Shown piece after piece: positions 50,859-60,842 of a DNA stretch of 64,000 nucleotides. The notes under the pieces are model-generated. The model made no database searches. It saw only the letters and a program-made list of their open reading frames with translations, and was not told where the DNA came from. The translations under genes and the position numbers were made by a program. Position 1 is the first letter of the stretch, and each line of letters begins with the position of its first letter. Source of the DNA: Candidatus Latescibacterota bacterium (GTDB lineage Bacteria; Latescibacterota; UBA2968; GCA-2709665); the NCBI GenBank assembly GCA_965219455.1, contig OZ244744.1, positions 544,001-608,000 of the forward strand. The letters run 5' to 3'.

Positions 50859-50933
50859 TAAGCCGCGCGTGCCTTAATCACAGTCGTTCTTTTCCCCTTT
50901 TCACCTGGGAATTCACGAGGTATATTCAAAGCG

Positions 50934-51392
50934 ATGACAACGCGAGATTTTACCGCAACCACGTTCGTCGTTCAGGACGGCAGGACGTTGTTGCTATTCC
51001 ATAAACGGCTTCGCCTGTGGCTTCCGCCGGGCGGACATATCGATGAGGACGAACTGCCGTGCGATGCGGCGGTCCGTGAAGTGCGGGAGGAGTGTGGGCT
51101 GGAGGTGGCCCTGCTCTCGCCCCGGTACCCGATGGGGACGGTGGAGGTGCTGAGCCGGCCCGAATGTATCTTGCTGGAACAGATCTCGGCCGATCACCAG
51201 CACATCGACCTGATCTATTTCGCGCGGGTGACCGGGGGCAGTCTGAAGGTGGCGGCCTCCGAGGCTGAGGGATACCGCTGGTGCGCCCCCGAGGACCTGG
51301 AGGAAGAAACGATCGCGGAAGACATACAGCGGCTGGGAAAAATGGCGATCGAGGCCGTGGAAACCCGAGGAACAAGCACACGCGACGTGTAA
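50934..51392 (+). CDS. NUDIX hydrolase
   Basis: PGGHIDEDELPCDAAVREVREECGL Nudix box; HQHIDLIY. Confidence 0.9.
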   Translation: MTTRDFTATTFVVQDGRTLLLFHKRLRLWLPPGGHIDEDELPCDAAVREVREECGLEVALLSPRYPMGTVEVLSRPECILLEQISADHQHIDLIYFARVTGGSLKVAASEAEGYRWCAPEDLEEETIAEDIQRLGKMAIEAVETRGTSTRDV

Positions 51393-51470
51393 TCGATGGA
51401 TATGAACCGTTTGAGATTGCCCGATCAAGGGCGTTGATGGGTCCTGGTTGAAGCGCTCGAGAGGAACGAC

Positions 51471-52418
51471 ATGCCGTTGGCCAACGCGGTGGTGGACGAT
51501 ATCCTGGAACTGATCGGCGAGACGCCGATGGTGCGGCTGAACCGGCTCGTGGAACCGGGCATGGCCGAGGTGGCCGTTAAAATCGAGGCCGCCAACCCCG
51601 TGGCTTCGGTGAAGGACCGGATTGCGGATGCGATGATCGAGGCGGCGGAACGGGACGGCAGCCTGAAGCCGGGCATGACAATCGTGGAGCCGACCAGCGG
51701 GAATACGGGCATCGGCCTGGCGCTGGTGGCGGCGGCGAAGGGATACCGGCTGGTCCTGACGATGCCGGATTCCATGAGCCGCGAAAGGCGGGATCTCTTG
51801 CAGAGCTTCGGCGCCGACGTGGTGTTGACGCCGGGCGCGAAGGACATGCAGGGCGCGGTGGACGAGGCGGAGCGTATCGTGCAGGAGGACCCCGCCGAGA
51901 CGTTCATGCCGCAGCAGTTCGCCAATCCGGCGAATCCGGAGGTGCACCGCCGCACAACCGCGCGTGAGATCCTGGAATCGGTGGAGGGGCGGCTGGACGC
52001 GTTCGTGGCCGGCGTGGGAACGGGCGGCACCATCACGGGGGTGGGCGAGGTGCTGAAGGCCGAACTGCCCGGGATGCTGGTCGTTGCGGTGGAACCGCAG
52101 CGGTCCAACGTGCTGTCCGGCGGAGCGCCCGGGCTTCACGATATCCAGGGCATCGGCCCGGGATTCGTTCCCGGGGTCCTGAACATGGAGATCTACGATC
52201 GCGTAATCTGCGCGACCGAGGCCGATGCGTTCGAGACCTCCAGGCGGCTGGCGGCCGAGGAGGGAATCCTGAGCGGTATATCGGCGGGTGCGAATGTCTG
52301 GGCCGCGCTTCGGGTGGCGGAGGAGTTGGGCGAAGGCCGGCGCGTGGCCACGGTGATCTGCGACTCGGCGGAACGATATTTCAGCGTGCCGGGTTTCATG
52401 GAACACGATGAGACCTGA
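51471..52418 (+). CDS. cysK: Cysteine synthase A
   Basis: SVKDR PLP lysine, EPTSGNTGIGLA, GVGTGGT, IQGIGPGF. Confidence 0.92.
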   Translation: MPLANAVVDDILELIGETPMVRLNRLVEPGMAEVAVKIEAANPVASVKDRIADAMIEAAERDGSLKPGMTIVEPTSGNTGIGLALVAAAKGYRLVLTMPDSMSRERRDLLQSFGADVVLTPGAKDMQGAVDEAERIVQEDPAETFMPQQFANPANPEVHRRTTAREILESVEGRLDAFVAGVGTGGTITGVGEVLKAELPGMLVVAVEPQRSNVLSGGAPGLHDIQGIGPGFVPGVLNMEIYDRVICATEADAFETSRRLAAEEGILSGISAGANVWAALRVAEELGEGRRVATVICDSAERYFSVPGFMEHDET

Positions 52419-52542
52419 CCGCCAGGTCCCTGAACGGGCGCGGATTTCGACCGTTCCCCGAACCGTTCGACCTTCGGATTTCGATCGACCTTATGAACTG
52501 GCGCGTCGGAAAGTGCCGGTTCCCTGATTTAAGGAGATTTTG

Positions 52543-53691
52543 ATGCCCATCGACCCCCAACCCTCGTGGCGTGATGGTATACGCAGCCTCCATCCGGATG
52601 AATTCGGGAGTCTGTGCGAACTGGTCGGCACCGTGTTCCGGCCCGGCCTGGCGGAGGAATACCCGCACTTTTACACGCCGGCGCACGCCGGGGAAATGCG
52701 GGTGGTGGTGGTGGATGGGCGGGTCGTGTCGCACATTGGTGCGCTGCGGCGGAACGCGTCCATATTCGGATGCACGGCGCGCGCGTCGTCTCTGGGCGGG
52801 GTGGCCACGTACGAAGAACACCGCGGCAGCGGCTACGCGACCGCCCTGTTCGAGGACACGATGCGGGTCTGCAGGGAGGACGGGGTGGACTTCATGCTGG
52901 TATCCGGGTATCGCAAGATGTACCACCGGTTCGGGTGCCGCTACGTCGGGCGCGACTGGAACTTCTCGCTCACGGCGGAACGAGCCGGAGATTTCGACGA
53001 CGACGGCGTGGAACTCATCGAGGCCTCCCCGGACGACGTGCCCGAGATGGCTTCGGTCTACCGGGGGGAGCCCGTGCGGTGGATACGGCCCCCTTCCGAC
53101 TACGCCCATGCCTTCAACGGCTTTGTCATGAACCGCCCGGCGCTGGTGTTCAAAGTGTGTGAAGCCGGGATGATGCGGGGATACATGATCGTGCAGCAGC
53201 CCAGCGACGGCGACGACAGGATACCGGTGCAGGAGGCCGCGGGAGACCGGCGGTGTCTGACTGGCGCCCTGGGCAAGCTGATCCGGACGCTGGGCCTCCG
53301 GGCGCTCAGCCTCCACGTAATGGGCTGCGATCGGTGGTTTCAGGATTGCCTTCAGGCCAGAGGACTGACCGGTGCGCCGGCCAATTCGTCCGGGACGGTC
53401 ACGCTGATCAATTTCGTCCAGTTCATGGAGCGGATGCGGCCCTATTTCGCGGAGGTGGTGGGAGAGACGGAGGCCCGGAGCCTGGTCTTTCAGGAGCAGG
53501 GAGATGAAATGATCTTCAACTATGGTGGCGACCGCGTGGTGGCGCCCGACCAGGGGGCGGCGGTGCAGTTGATTTTCGGTACGCTGGATAGGGCCGAAGA
53601 GGCGCTGCTGAAATCCGGAGGCCGGGCAGGCGAGGTTCTGGCGGAGGTGTTTCCGATTCCGGCCCTGTGGTACGGCGTGAACTATCTATAA
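52543..53691 (+). CDS. GNAT acetyltransferase (Eis-like)
   Basis: LGGVATYEEHRGSGYA motif A; MYHRFG. Confidence 0.75.
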   Translation: MPIDPQPSWRDGIRSLHPDEFGSLCELVGTVFRPGLAEEYPHFYTPAHAGEMRVVVVDGRVVSHIGALRRNASIFGCTARASSLGGVATYEEHRGSGYATALFEDTMRVCREDGVDFMLVSGYRKMYHRFGCRYVGRDWNFSLTAERAGDFDDDGVELIEASPDDVPEMASVYRGEPVRWIRPPSDYAHAFNGFVMNRPALVFKVCEAGMMRGYMIVQQPSDGDDRIPVQEAAGDRRCLTGALGKLIRTLGLRALSLHVMGCDRWFQDCLQARGLTGAPANSSGTVTLINFVQFMERMRPYFAEVVGETEARSLVFQEQGDEMIFNYGGDRVVAPDQGAAVQLIFGTLDRAEEALLKSGGRAGEVLAEVFPIPALWYGVNYL

Positions 53692-53836
53692 CTGCATTGG
53701 CTGCAGCACGCCACGGGCGCAGTTCGCGATCATTCCCGGCCCCGGTCGAGCAGGACCGGGGCTCTTTGCATGGTGCAATTCCGGGTTCGCGAAGATGTCG
53801 AGTCGTCCTGGTCGGGGACGGCCGGGATGCCGAAGC

Positions 53837-54646
53837 TCAACTGGCGGCGAGGGTCGGCCGCTGGGTGCGGTACGGCGGTTCCAGCACGGCGCGCTGTTGA
53901 GGCGTGAATTCCTCCAGAACCTCCTCAACGCCCTGCGGCACGTGGACTCTAGAATAGGTCAGCGGTCCCGGCGCGTACTTGTACAGAATGGAACGACGCT
54001 GGTGTTCGGCCGCCCAGGGCATCGTGCCGTGCGTTAGGGCTTCGGTGAAAATAACGGCCGAGCCGGCCTTCGCTTCCACCTGCCGCACCACGCCGATGTT
54101 TCTATCCAGAAGGGCGACGCCCCGCGGGGTCGGGTAGTTGGATTTGTGGCTCCCTGGAATGCAGGCGAATCCCCCGTCTCCCGGGCCGCAGTCGGTAAGG
54201 ATCCAGGATACAACGCTAAGGCCGCAACGCATCTTGCCATTGTGAAACTGGTAGAAATGGGTCAGGTCATCCGTGGTGCCGCCGCCGTGAAGCACGTGTC
54301 CTTCGGTTCCCTTGCGCATCATGATTCCATAAAGGTGATCCAGGCGGAAACCCTCCCGCAGCAGTTCGTTGAGATACGGTACGATAACGGGATGAGCCAG
54401 GAGATCCCTGAAGGGTTGGCACCAGGGCTTCGGCCACGTCAGCATGTCGCCGAGATCGCCACGACCCTGCTCACCCTTAAGCGTCCTGGATTTACCCGAG
54501 AGGGATTGTTCTCCCGACCGTTCACGAATGCGGTCGACGTTCCGGTCTATGGCTTCGTTGCATGCGGCGACCTCTGCTGAGGAGAGGGCGTTCTCAACGA
54601 CGAGATAGCCATTGAGATCAAAAAAATATCTCTCTTCGTCGTCCAT
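53837..54646 (-). CDS. Phytanoyl-CoA dioxygenase (PhyH) family protein
   Basis: FDLNGYLVV, LHGG, IPGSHK, AGSAVIFTEALTHG, RRSILYKY. Confidence 0.85.
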   Translation of the reverse strand: MDDEERYFFDLNGYLVVENALSSAEVAACNEAIDRNVDRIRERSGEQSLSGKSRTLKGEQGRGDLGDMLTWPKPWCQPFRDLLAHPVIVPYLNELLREGFRLDHLYGIMMRKGTEGHVLHGGGTTDDLTHFYQFHNGKMRCGLSVVSWILTDCGPGDGGFACIPGSHKSNYPTPRGVALLDRNIGVVRQVEAKAGSAVIFTEALTHGTMPWAAEHQRRSILYKYAPGPLTYSRVHVPQGVEEVLEEFTPQQRAVLEPPYRTQRPTLAAS

Positions 54647-54793
54647 TGCGGTCTCCTTTTCCGGTTTGGAGGCAGAAATTCCACCACCCCCTGACGTCCC
54701 TTATTCCCATGCCCTTTTTCTTGTATCGCCCAAGAAATAGGTTGTCGAAGTGACCTGTCGAAACAGTCCTTTCTGAGCGAGCCCCCGTTCCGT

Positions 54794-55066
54794 TTATGTG
54801 CGAGATACGCCGAGAATGTCGTCCAGCTTCTCCGACACGTCTGCGGGGATGTCGACGCTCACGCCTTCGTCGTACTGGCGTCTCCAGTTCGTCAGGTGGG
54901 ACTCGCCGATGTGGACGGAGATCGGTTCGCCACCCGGCCACCGCGTGAATGCGAGGCGCTTCACCCTTCCGGCAATCAGCTCCTGCTGGATGCAATTCAG
55001 GATGCGCGCATCGGGGAGGTCGCACTGAAAACCCCGGAAGGCGACCTGTACCGGAGAAATGTCCAT
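54794..55066 (-). CDS. Hypothetical protein
   Basis: 90 aa ORF with plausible start and codon usage; co-oriented with the PhyH gene. Confidence 0.5.
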   Translation of the reverse strand: MDISPVQVAFRGFQCDLPDARILNCIQQELIAGRVKRLAFTRWPGGEPISVHIGESHLTNWRRQYDEGVSVDIPADVSEKLDDILGVSRT

Positions 55067-55383
55067 GATTTCGGTTTCCGTTAGTGCGTCGGGTCGTAGA
55101 ATTCGCTGTCTGTTCGAACGACTTGCGGCAAAAGATAGCTATGTGTATGTGCGCATACAAGAAAATTGTGCGCGGTAAGCGGATGGCGCGCAATTCCGGA
55201 CCTGGGACGGGTCCCGCGCCGGCAGCGCGTGTTCCGGTTGACAGGCCGGAATGCGGAGGCGTATACTGGACACCGACGGAATCTCGGAAGAAATCCAGGG
55301 AACATCGCGGTACCGCATGGTTCCTGAAGGCGGACCCCCGCAGCGGGCGGTCCATCCATTAACCACGGCAAAAGGAGTACCCT

Positions 55384-56322
55384 ATGGTTCTTCTCGGCAG
55401 CGGTGAATACCAGTATGAGGAACGATCCGATTGGGCGCGTCTGCCCGACGGCTGGCGATTTAAAGAGGTGGTGGATATGGTGGTGGATTCAAACGACCGG
55501 GTGTACGTGTTCAACCGGGGAGAACATCCGGTCATCGTGTTCGACCGGGATGGGCAATTTCTGGCCTCCTGGGGCGAGGGCCTGTTCGTGCGCCCCCACG
55601 GCCTGACCCTGGGTCCAGACGGGAGGTTGTATTGCGTGGATGACCAGGGGCACTGTGTTCGTAAGTGCACCCTCGACGGCGAGGTGTTGATGGTCATCGG
55701 CACACCCGGGCGGGGCGCCCCGGCCCAGAGCGGACTGCCGTTCAACCAGCCCACCAAGGTGGCCTTCGATCCGGCGACGGGAGATCTCTTTGTCTCGGAC
55801 GGTTACGGCAACGCGCGGGTACACAAGTATACCGCCGACGGCGAACATCTGTTCTCGTGGGGAGACTACGGAACGGATCCCGGGCAGTTCAACCTGGTGC
55901 ACAGCGTCTGCACGGACAGCCACGGATCGGTCTATATCGCCGACCGGGAGAACCACCGCGTTCAGGTGTTCGACGCCCAGGGAAACTATCTCACACAGTG
56001 GAACAATCTTCACCGACCCTGTGGCCTGCATATTGACGACGACCTCGTCTACGTCGGACAACTCCCCACGCAACTCGACGTTAATGCGACCTATCCGAAC
56101 GTGGGCTCATGCGTGAGCATACATGATCTGACGGGCAGGCGCCTGGCCAGGCTGGGAGACCCACTGGCCGGCGAGGGTCCCGGCCAGTTCACGGCTCCGC
56201 ACGGGTTGGCCGTGGATTCGCGAGGGGACATCTACGTTGGAGAAGTGTCCTGGAGCGCGTTCGGTTCACAGCTGGATCCACCCAGAGAAATGCGCAGTTT
56301 CCGCAAACTGGTCCGCGTCTGA
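55384..56322 (+). CDS. NHL-repeat protein (peptidyl-alpha-hydroxyglycine lyase-like)
   Basis: FVRPHGL, FNQPT.VA, SDGYGNARVHK, YIADRENHRVQVFD, FTAPHGLAVD; AAGGAG RBS. Confidence 0.85.
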   Translation: MVLLGSGEYQYEERSDWARLPDGWRFKEVVDMVVDSNDRVYVFNRGEHPVIVFDRDGQFLASWGEGLFVRPHGLTLGPDGRLYCVDDQGHCVRKCTLDGEVLMVIGTPGRGAPAQSGLPFNQPTKVAFDPATGDLFVSDGYGNARVHKYTADGEHLFSWGDYGTDPGQFNLVHSVCTDSHGSVYIADRENHRVQVFDAQGNYLTQWNNLHRPCGLHIDDDLVYVGQLPTQLDVNATYPNVGSCVSIHDLTGRRLARLGDPLAGEGPGQFTAPHGLAVDSRGDIYVGEVSWSAFGSQLDPPREMRSFRKLVRV

Positions 56323-56361
56323 CGCCAACTGCCGACACCCGAAGAGCGCATTGGCCCGCCC

Positions 56362-57600
56362 ATGCCGACCCTGATCAAATCGAAGCTACTCATCGCCGAC
56401 CCCGACGCACCACCCATACTTGGCGGTATCGTGATACTCGACGGCGAGCGCGTTCTGGGCGCGGGAGCGCCGTCGATCCTGAACGTGGATCCAACGTGGG
56501 AAACGCTGGACTGGTCTTCGTGGACGGTGATGCCGGCCCTGATAGACTCCCATGCCCACATTACGGCCAACAACCGCTTCCGCGTTCCGCTGAACGCCCA
56601 CTTCGAACTGGATCCGACAACCGCGGTCCTGCGTGGGGCGATGAACCTCAGGAGCGACCTGGCCACCGGGGTGACGACGATGCGGACACTTGGAGATCGT
56701 CCGGGCGTCGAAAAGCCGTTTCAGGAGGCGATCGAACGAAAAGAGACGGTGGGACCCCGGCTGAGGGTATGTGTACGGGCGCTGCGTCCGACGAAGGGCA
56801 CAGCGCCCTTTCTGTCTTTTCCGGCCGACGGCCATGCGGAACTGGACGTCCGGATCCGTGAGAACGCGTCGCAGGGTGCGGATTGGACGAAACTGTTTAT
56901 CACCAACGTGAGAGAAGGCGATACGTTCGCGGACTATCTCCGCGGAGACCTTACGGACGTGGCGGCCTACTCCCGAAAGGAGATCGAGGCGGCCATCGGC
57001 GTCTCGCATAACCTGGGGATCCCGGTTGCCGCCCACGCGATCGGCGGGCCGGCCATGCGGTGGGCGATGGCGGCCGGGATCGACAGTATCGAACACGCCA
57101 ATCTGCTCGAGGCCGAGGACGTGGAAGGGTTCGTGAAGTCCGGCGCGTACCTGAGCGATCCCAATCTTCAACTGTTCTTCGACCGGGAGGTCGGATTCGA
57201 ATCCTTCGAGACCTGGCGCCTGGATTGGTGGCGGCGCCGCGTGGAGCGTGCAAGGGAACGCACGTCGCGCTACCTGCCGGAAGCCGTAGATGCCGGGGTG
57301 CAGGTCTGCCTGGGAACGGACAGCACCCACGCGACGTTGTGGCGGGAGGCCAGAGCGCTTGCGGACCTCGGCGTTTCAACCGCCGACGCGATCAGGGCCG
57401 TGACGACGAATACGGCCCGGATGCTGGGTATGTCGGATCGGCTGGGGCGGCTCGCGCCCGGCTACCTGGCGGACGTGATCGCCGTGGAAGGAAACCCCCT
57501 GGATGAAGTGGCGCATTTGCGGGAGGTCCGACGCGTGATGAAAGCCGGCGAACGAGTCGAGAACCTCCTGTCCGGTGCGAGTTCGGTGTTTACCGATTAG
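56362..57600 (+). CDS. Metal-dependent amidohydrolase
   Basis: MPALIDSHAH, GVTTMRTLG, VAAHA, SIEH, GTDS, ADVIAVEGNPL. Confidence 0.85.
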   Translation: MPTLIKSKLLIADPDAPPILGGIVILDGERVLGAGAPSILNVDPTWETLDWSSWTVMPALIDSHAHITANNRFRVPLNAHFELDPTTAVLRGAMNLRSDLATGVTTMRTLGDRPGVEKPFQEAIERKETVGPRLRVCVRALRPTKGTAPFLSFPADGHAELDVRIRENASQGADWTKLFITNVREGDTFADYLRGDLTDVAAYSRKEIEAAIGVSHNLGIPVAAHAIGGPAMRWAMAAGIDSIEHANLLEAEDVEGFVKSGAYLSDPNLQLFFDREVGFESFETWRLDWWRRRVERARERTSRYLPEAVDAGVQVCLGTDSTHATLWREARALADLGVSTADAIRAVTTNTARMLGMSDRLGRLAPGYLADVIAVEGNPLDEVAHLREVRRVMKAGERVENLLSGASSVFTD

Positions 57601-58119
57601 CGCTGTAAAGTGCGCATGGTCCGCGTATGCCGAGGTGGCCGGCTGAGGAAGCGCCGTAAAGGCCGCGCGTTGCTCCGCGGCTCTGAGATCCAGTTTCTTC
57701 TGATGGCGCAGGAACCGGTTCTTCTCGAACAAGCTCACCGCTTGTGCCGTGTCCATGGGTTCGCTCTCACGTCATTCAATCACAATCGAAGAATGCACGG
57801 TTCGAGATTTAACCAAAAGGGGCCGAATTCTTCGGAATTGTTTTATGAAAACCCGGTACTTGCATTCACCCTTCTATTGGAAGGATCTTTCCGTACGACC
57901 CTGCCGCTCTGAAAACCGTTTTCAGTGAGCGGCGTCGGAATGGACGGGAGAGGACGCGCGGAGCCCCGTAGAATGGGGCGCCGCTGTTTTTTGTCTTGTC
58001 GGAACGGTGTTTGCTTCATTCTATTGCCGGAAATCGGCTTGATTCGACGAAACACAAGACGGAACAGGATATTTAGGGAGACATTGTACAGTAAATCGGC
58101 GTCTCCACGCGGACAGCCA

Positions 58120-58274
58120 GGTGGTTCAAGAACCGCCCCTACGAGAGTTATGCATCCGCGAATTGACATCGCCACGCAGTATCGCTGTCCGCTGCATTCT
58201 TCTCCCGATATCGAGGGCTTCCAGCCCTCGAAGCGCCGTCACTGCACACGTAGGGGCGACTCTGAGAGTCGCCC
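58120..58274. repeat. Pair of oppositely oriented GTAG-type REP palindromes
   Basis: GGTGGTTCAAGAACCGCCC-CTAC (58120-58142) and GTAG-GGGCGACTCTGAGAGTCGCCC (58250-58274). Confidence 0.7.
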
Positions 58275-58405
58275 ATATAGCGGCGTTGATATGGGCAAAT
58301 GACAACGCCAGGCCGTATTGCAAGCCGGTTCAAGCTGACAGCTGAACGCTGACTGCTGACAGCTTGTTTTGGGCATCCGTCCACTTCAGTAAGGAAAACG
58401 AAAAT

Positions 58406-59095
58406 ATGCAAGCGGTGGCCCGGCGCAGGGGAATCGACGGTGTCGCGGATGTGGATCTGCCGCGGGAAAAACTGGAACGGCTTGGCGCCGAAGCGCTGAG
58501 GCACGAGGAATTGCTGGCGGTCCTTCTTCGGACGGGGTATGAAGGCAAGAATGTGCTGGAGGTTGCCGGGGAGATTCTGAAACAGCATTCACCGCAAGCG
58601 CTCATGGGGATGGGACTGGCGGAACTGACGGCTATCAAGGGCATTGGAAGGGCGAAGGCCGCGGGCCTTGTCGCCGGGTTCGAACTGTCAAGACGGGCAT
58701 TGAACCAGGGGATGGGCATCGAACCTTCCATCACGAAACCGTCCGACGCAGTGGGGCTGCTCGCGGAATTCAAGGATCGCAGAAGAGAGCATTTCGTTGC
58801 GGTCTTTCTGAATGCCCGGAATCAGGTCATCTGCAGAGAGGAGGTCTCGGTGGGATCGCTGAACGCGTCGCTGGTTCATCCTCGCGAGGTATTTTTTCCC
58901 GCCGTGGGCTCGTCCGCGGCCAGCGTCATCCTGGCGCACAACCACCCGTCGGGTGACGTGACGCCGAGCAGGGAGGACATTGAACTGACCCGCCGGATGG
59001 TGCAGGCCGGCGAGATAATGGGCATCGAGGTACTGGACCACATCATTCTGGGCGCGGAGCGGTTCCTGAGCATGAAGGAGGCGGAACTGTTCTGA
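58406..59095 (+). CDS. radC: RadC (JAB/MPN domain) protein
   Basis: PREKL...ELLAVLLRTG, KGIGRAKA, VHPREVF, AHNHPSGD..PS.ED, LDHII. Confidence 0.93.
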   Translation: MQAVARRRGIDGVADVDLPREKLERLGAEALRHEELLAVLLRTGYEGKNVLEVAGEILKQHSPQALMGMGLAELTAIKGIGRAKAAGLVAGFELSRRALNQGMGIEPSITKPSDAVGLLAEFKDRRREHFVAVFLNARNQVICREEVSVGSLNASLVHPREVFFPAVGSSAASVILAHNHPSGDVTPSREDIELTRRMVQAGEIMGIEVLDHIILGAERFLSMKEAELF

Positions 59096-59354
59096 CAAAA
59101 TGGAAACGGAAGCGTCGATACAGGGGTCGGAACGCAGCGTGGCCTGACCCCTGCCCGAAACCCGCGCCTTTATCCCGTCCAAGGGCCGCCGGATGCGGGG
59201 CGTGCCGGTCCGGACGCGCACGGCGGGATTGTGTTCTGTTTCGCATGACCGCACACCTTGCGTTATATTGTCACCGAAGGTACCGTGGTTCTTTCCGCAA
59301 GGTTTCCGTGCGGCGCGATGACCGATTGCCGCCACCCGGCCGGGGAGGTGTGTT

Positions 59355-60128
59355 TTGGCCGTGATCACACTGACAACGGATTTCGGGCTTCACGATGCGT
59401 ACGTGGCCGCGACGAAGGGGGCGATGCTCGCTGTCTCGCCGGATGTCTCGCTGGTGGACGTCTCCCATCAGATCCCTCCACAGGACGTGGCCTCGGGTGC
59501 CTATATCCTGTTCAGTGCATACCGCTATTTCCCGGCGGGAACCGTTCATCTTGCAGTCGTCGATCCGGGCGTGGGAAGCGCCCGCCGCGCGATTGCGGTG
59601 GAAACGCCGGATTACCGGTTTGTCGGACCCGACAACGGATTGTTCAGCGGGGTGTTCCAGCGAGAGCGGAAGTGGAATGTCGTTGAGATCAGGAATGCGG
59701 CGTTTTTCAGATCCACCGTGAGCCCCACCTTTCACGGCCGGGATATCTTCGGCCCGGTCGCAGCGCATCTTTGCAGCGGAGTCCCGGTGGCCAAACTGGG
59801 GCCACCGGTTACCGATCCGATTCGCCTGGATTTCTGGACGGTTCAGGAGCGCGACGATGTGGTTGAAGGGCGGATCGTACACGTCGATCGTTTCGGAAAT
59901 GCGATCAGCAATGTTGGCAGGCGGCGCGTGGGTGACGGCGAGGTCCGCGTCCGTGTCGGAGAAAACCTGTTTGAAGGTATCTGCCGCACGTACACAGACG
60001 TTCCTGAGGGCGAGGCGCTGGTGTTATACGGAAGCGAGGATACGCTGGAGATTGCGATAAACAGAGGCAACGCAGCGGGAAAATTGGGGTTACGGCGAGG
60101 CGATCGGGTAACCGTGGATCTCACATAA
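59355..60128 (+). CDS. SAM hydroxide adenosyltransferase/chlorinase family (DUF62)
   Basis: ITLTTDFG, VVDPGVGS.R, GPDNG, TFHGRDIFGP, VDRFGN. Confidence 0.9.
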   Translation: MAVITLTTDFGLHDAYVAATKGAMLAVSPDVSLVDVSHQIPPQDVASGAYILFSAYRYFPAGTVHLAVVDPGVGSARRAIAVETPDYRFVGPDNGLFSGVFQRERKWNVVEIRNAAFFRSTVSPTFHGRDIFGPVAAHLCSGVPVAKLGPPVTDPIRLDFWTVQERDDVVEGRIVHVDRFGNAISNVGRRRVGDGEVRVRVGENLFEGICRTYTDVPEGEALVLYGSEDTLEIAINRGNAAGKLGLRRGDRVTVDLT

Positions 60129-60149
60129 CACTAAAAATCCGCATTTCTG

Positions 60150-60842
60150 TCAGGGCAGTAGTTCGAGCAGGTCCGACAGGCGGTTCAATTCGTGGTCCGG
60201 GCGTTCCTCGGGGGTTCGCGGGCGCTGGTTTTTTTGTCTGCCGAAACACAGGCGCGCGGTGCGCATTCCCAGGCGTTTGGACGCTGCGATTTCCGAATTC
60301 AGTTTGTCCCCGACCGAGAGAAACCGCGCGGGTGGAAGCCCGAGACTGCGAGCCGCCCGTCGTAGCGCCTGGTCTTTCAGGGGAACGCGTCGGTCGTCGT
60401 GAAAGAAAAGCGTGCCATCTTCCTGGTCAAAATAGGCGCATAGCCCGAGGCGGCGTATTTTCTGGCGCTGCCGCTCAGGGCGGCCGGTCGTCACAAGGCA
60501 GATCCGGTACTTCCTGGCCACGAGCTCATCCAGCGTCGGGAACGTGTCCGGAAAGGGCGTAATGTCTTCCACCTGGACCCGGTTGTAGGCCGAAAGCGCG
60601 CGTTCCACAACGTCGGCGGACAATTCGTGGCGGCGGGCGATTTCTCGAATGGAGTCGGAGGAACTGAATCGGTCAACCAGTTCCGCCTGCAGGTGATGCA
60701 GCACCGACGCGGTAGAATCCGGGAGGGCCTCCGCAAGTGTTTCAGCCGCACGGCGGCGCGCCGGTTCGGTCAACTGACCGGTGCAGTCGTACAGGGTGTC
60801 GTCCAGGTCGAAGATGACGGCTTCAATCCGGTGCCGAGCCAT
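60150..60842 (-). CDS. HAD-family hydrolase
   Basis: IFDLDDTL, LVTTG, VGDKLNSEI. Confidence 0.85.
   Translation of the reverse strand: MARHRIEAVIFDLDDTLYDCTGQLTEPARRRAAETLAEALPDSTASVLHHLQAELVDRFSSSDSIREIARRHELSADVVERALSAYNRVQVEDITPFPDTFPTLDELVARKYRICLVTTGRPERQRQKIRRLGLCAYFDQEDGTLFFHDDRRVPLKDQALRRAARSLGLPPARFLSVGDKLNSEIAASKRLGMRTARLCFGRQKNQRPRTPEERPDHELNRLSDLLELLP

Noticed and set aside
59355-60128. Fluorinase/chlorinase implying halometabolite synthesis
   Set aside because: The widespread DUF62 SAM hydrolase is the default assignment; no biosynthetic cluster is nearby and residues were not checked structurally.
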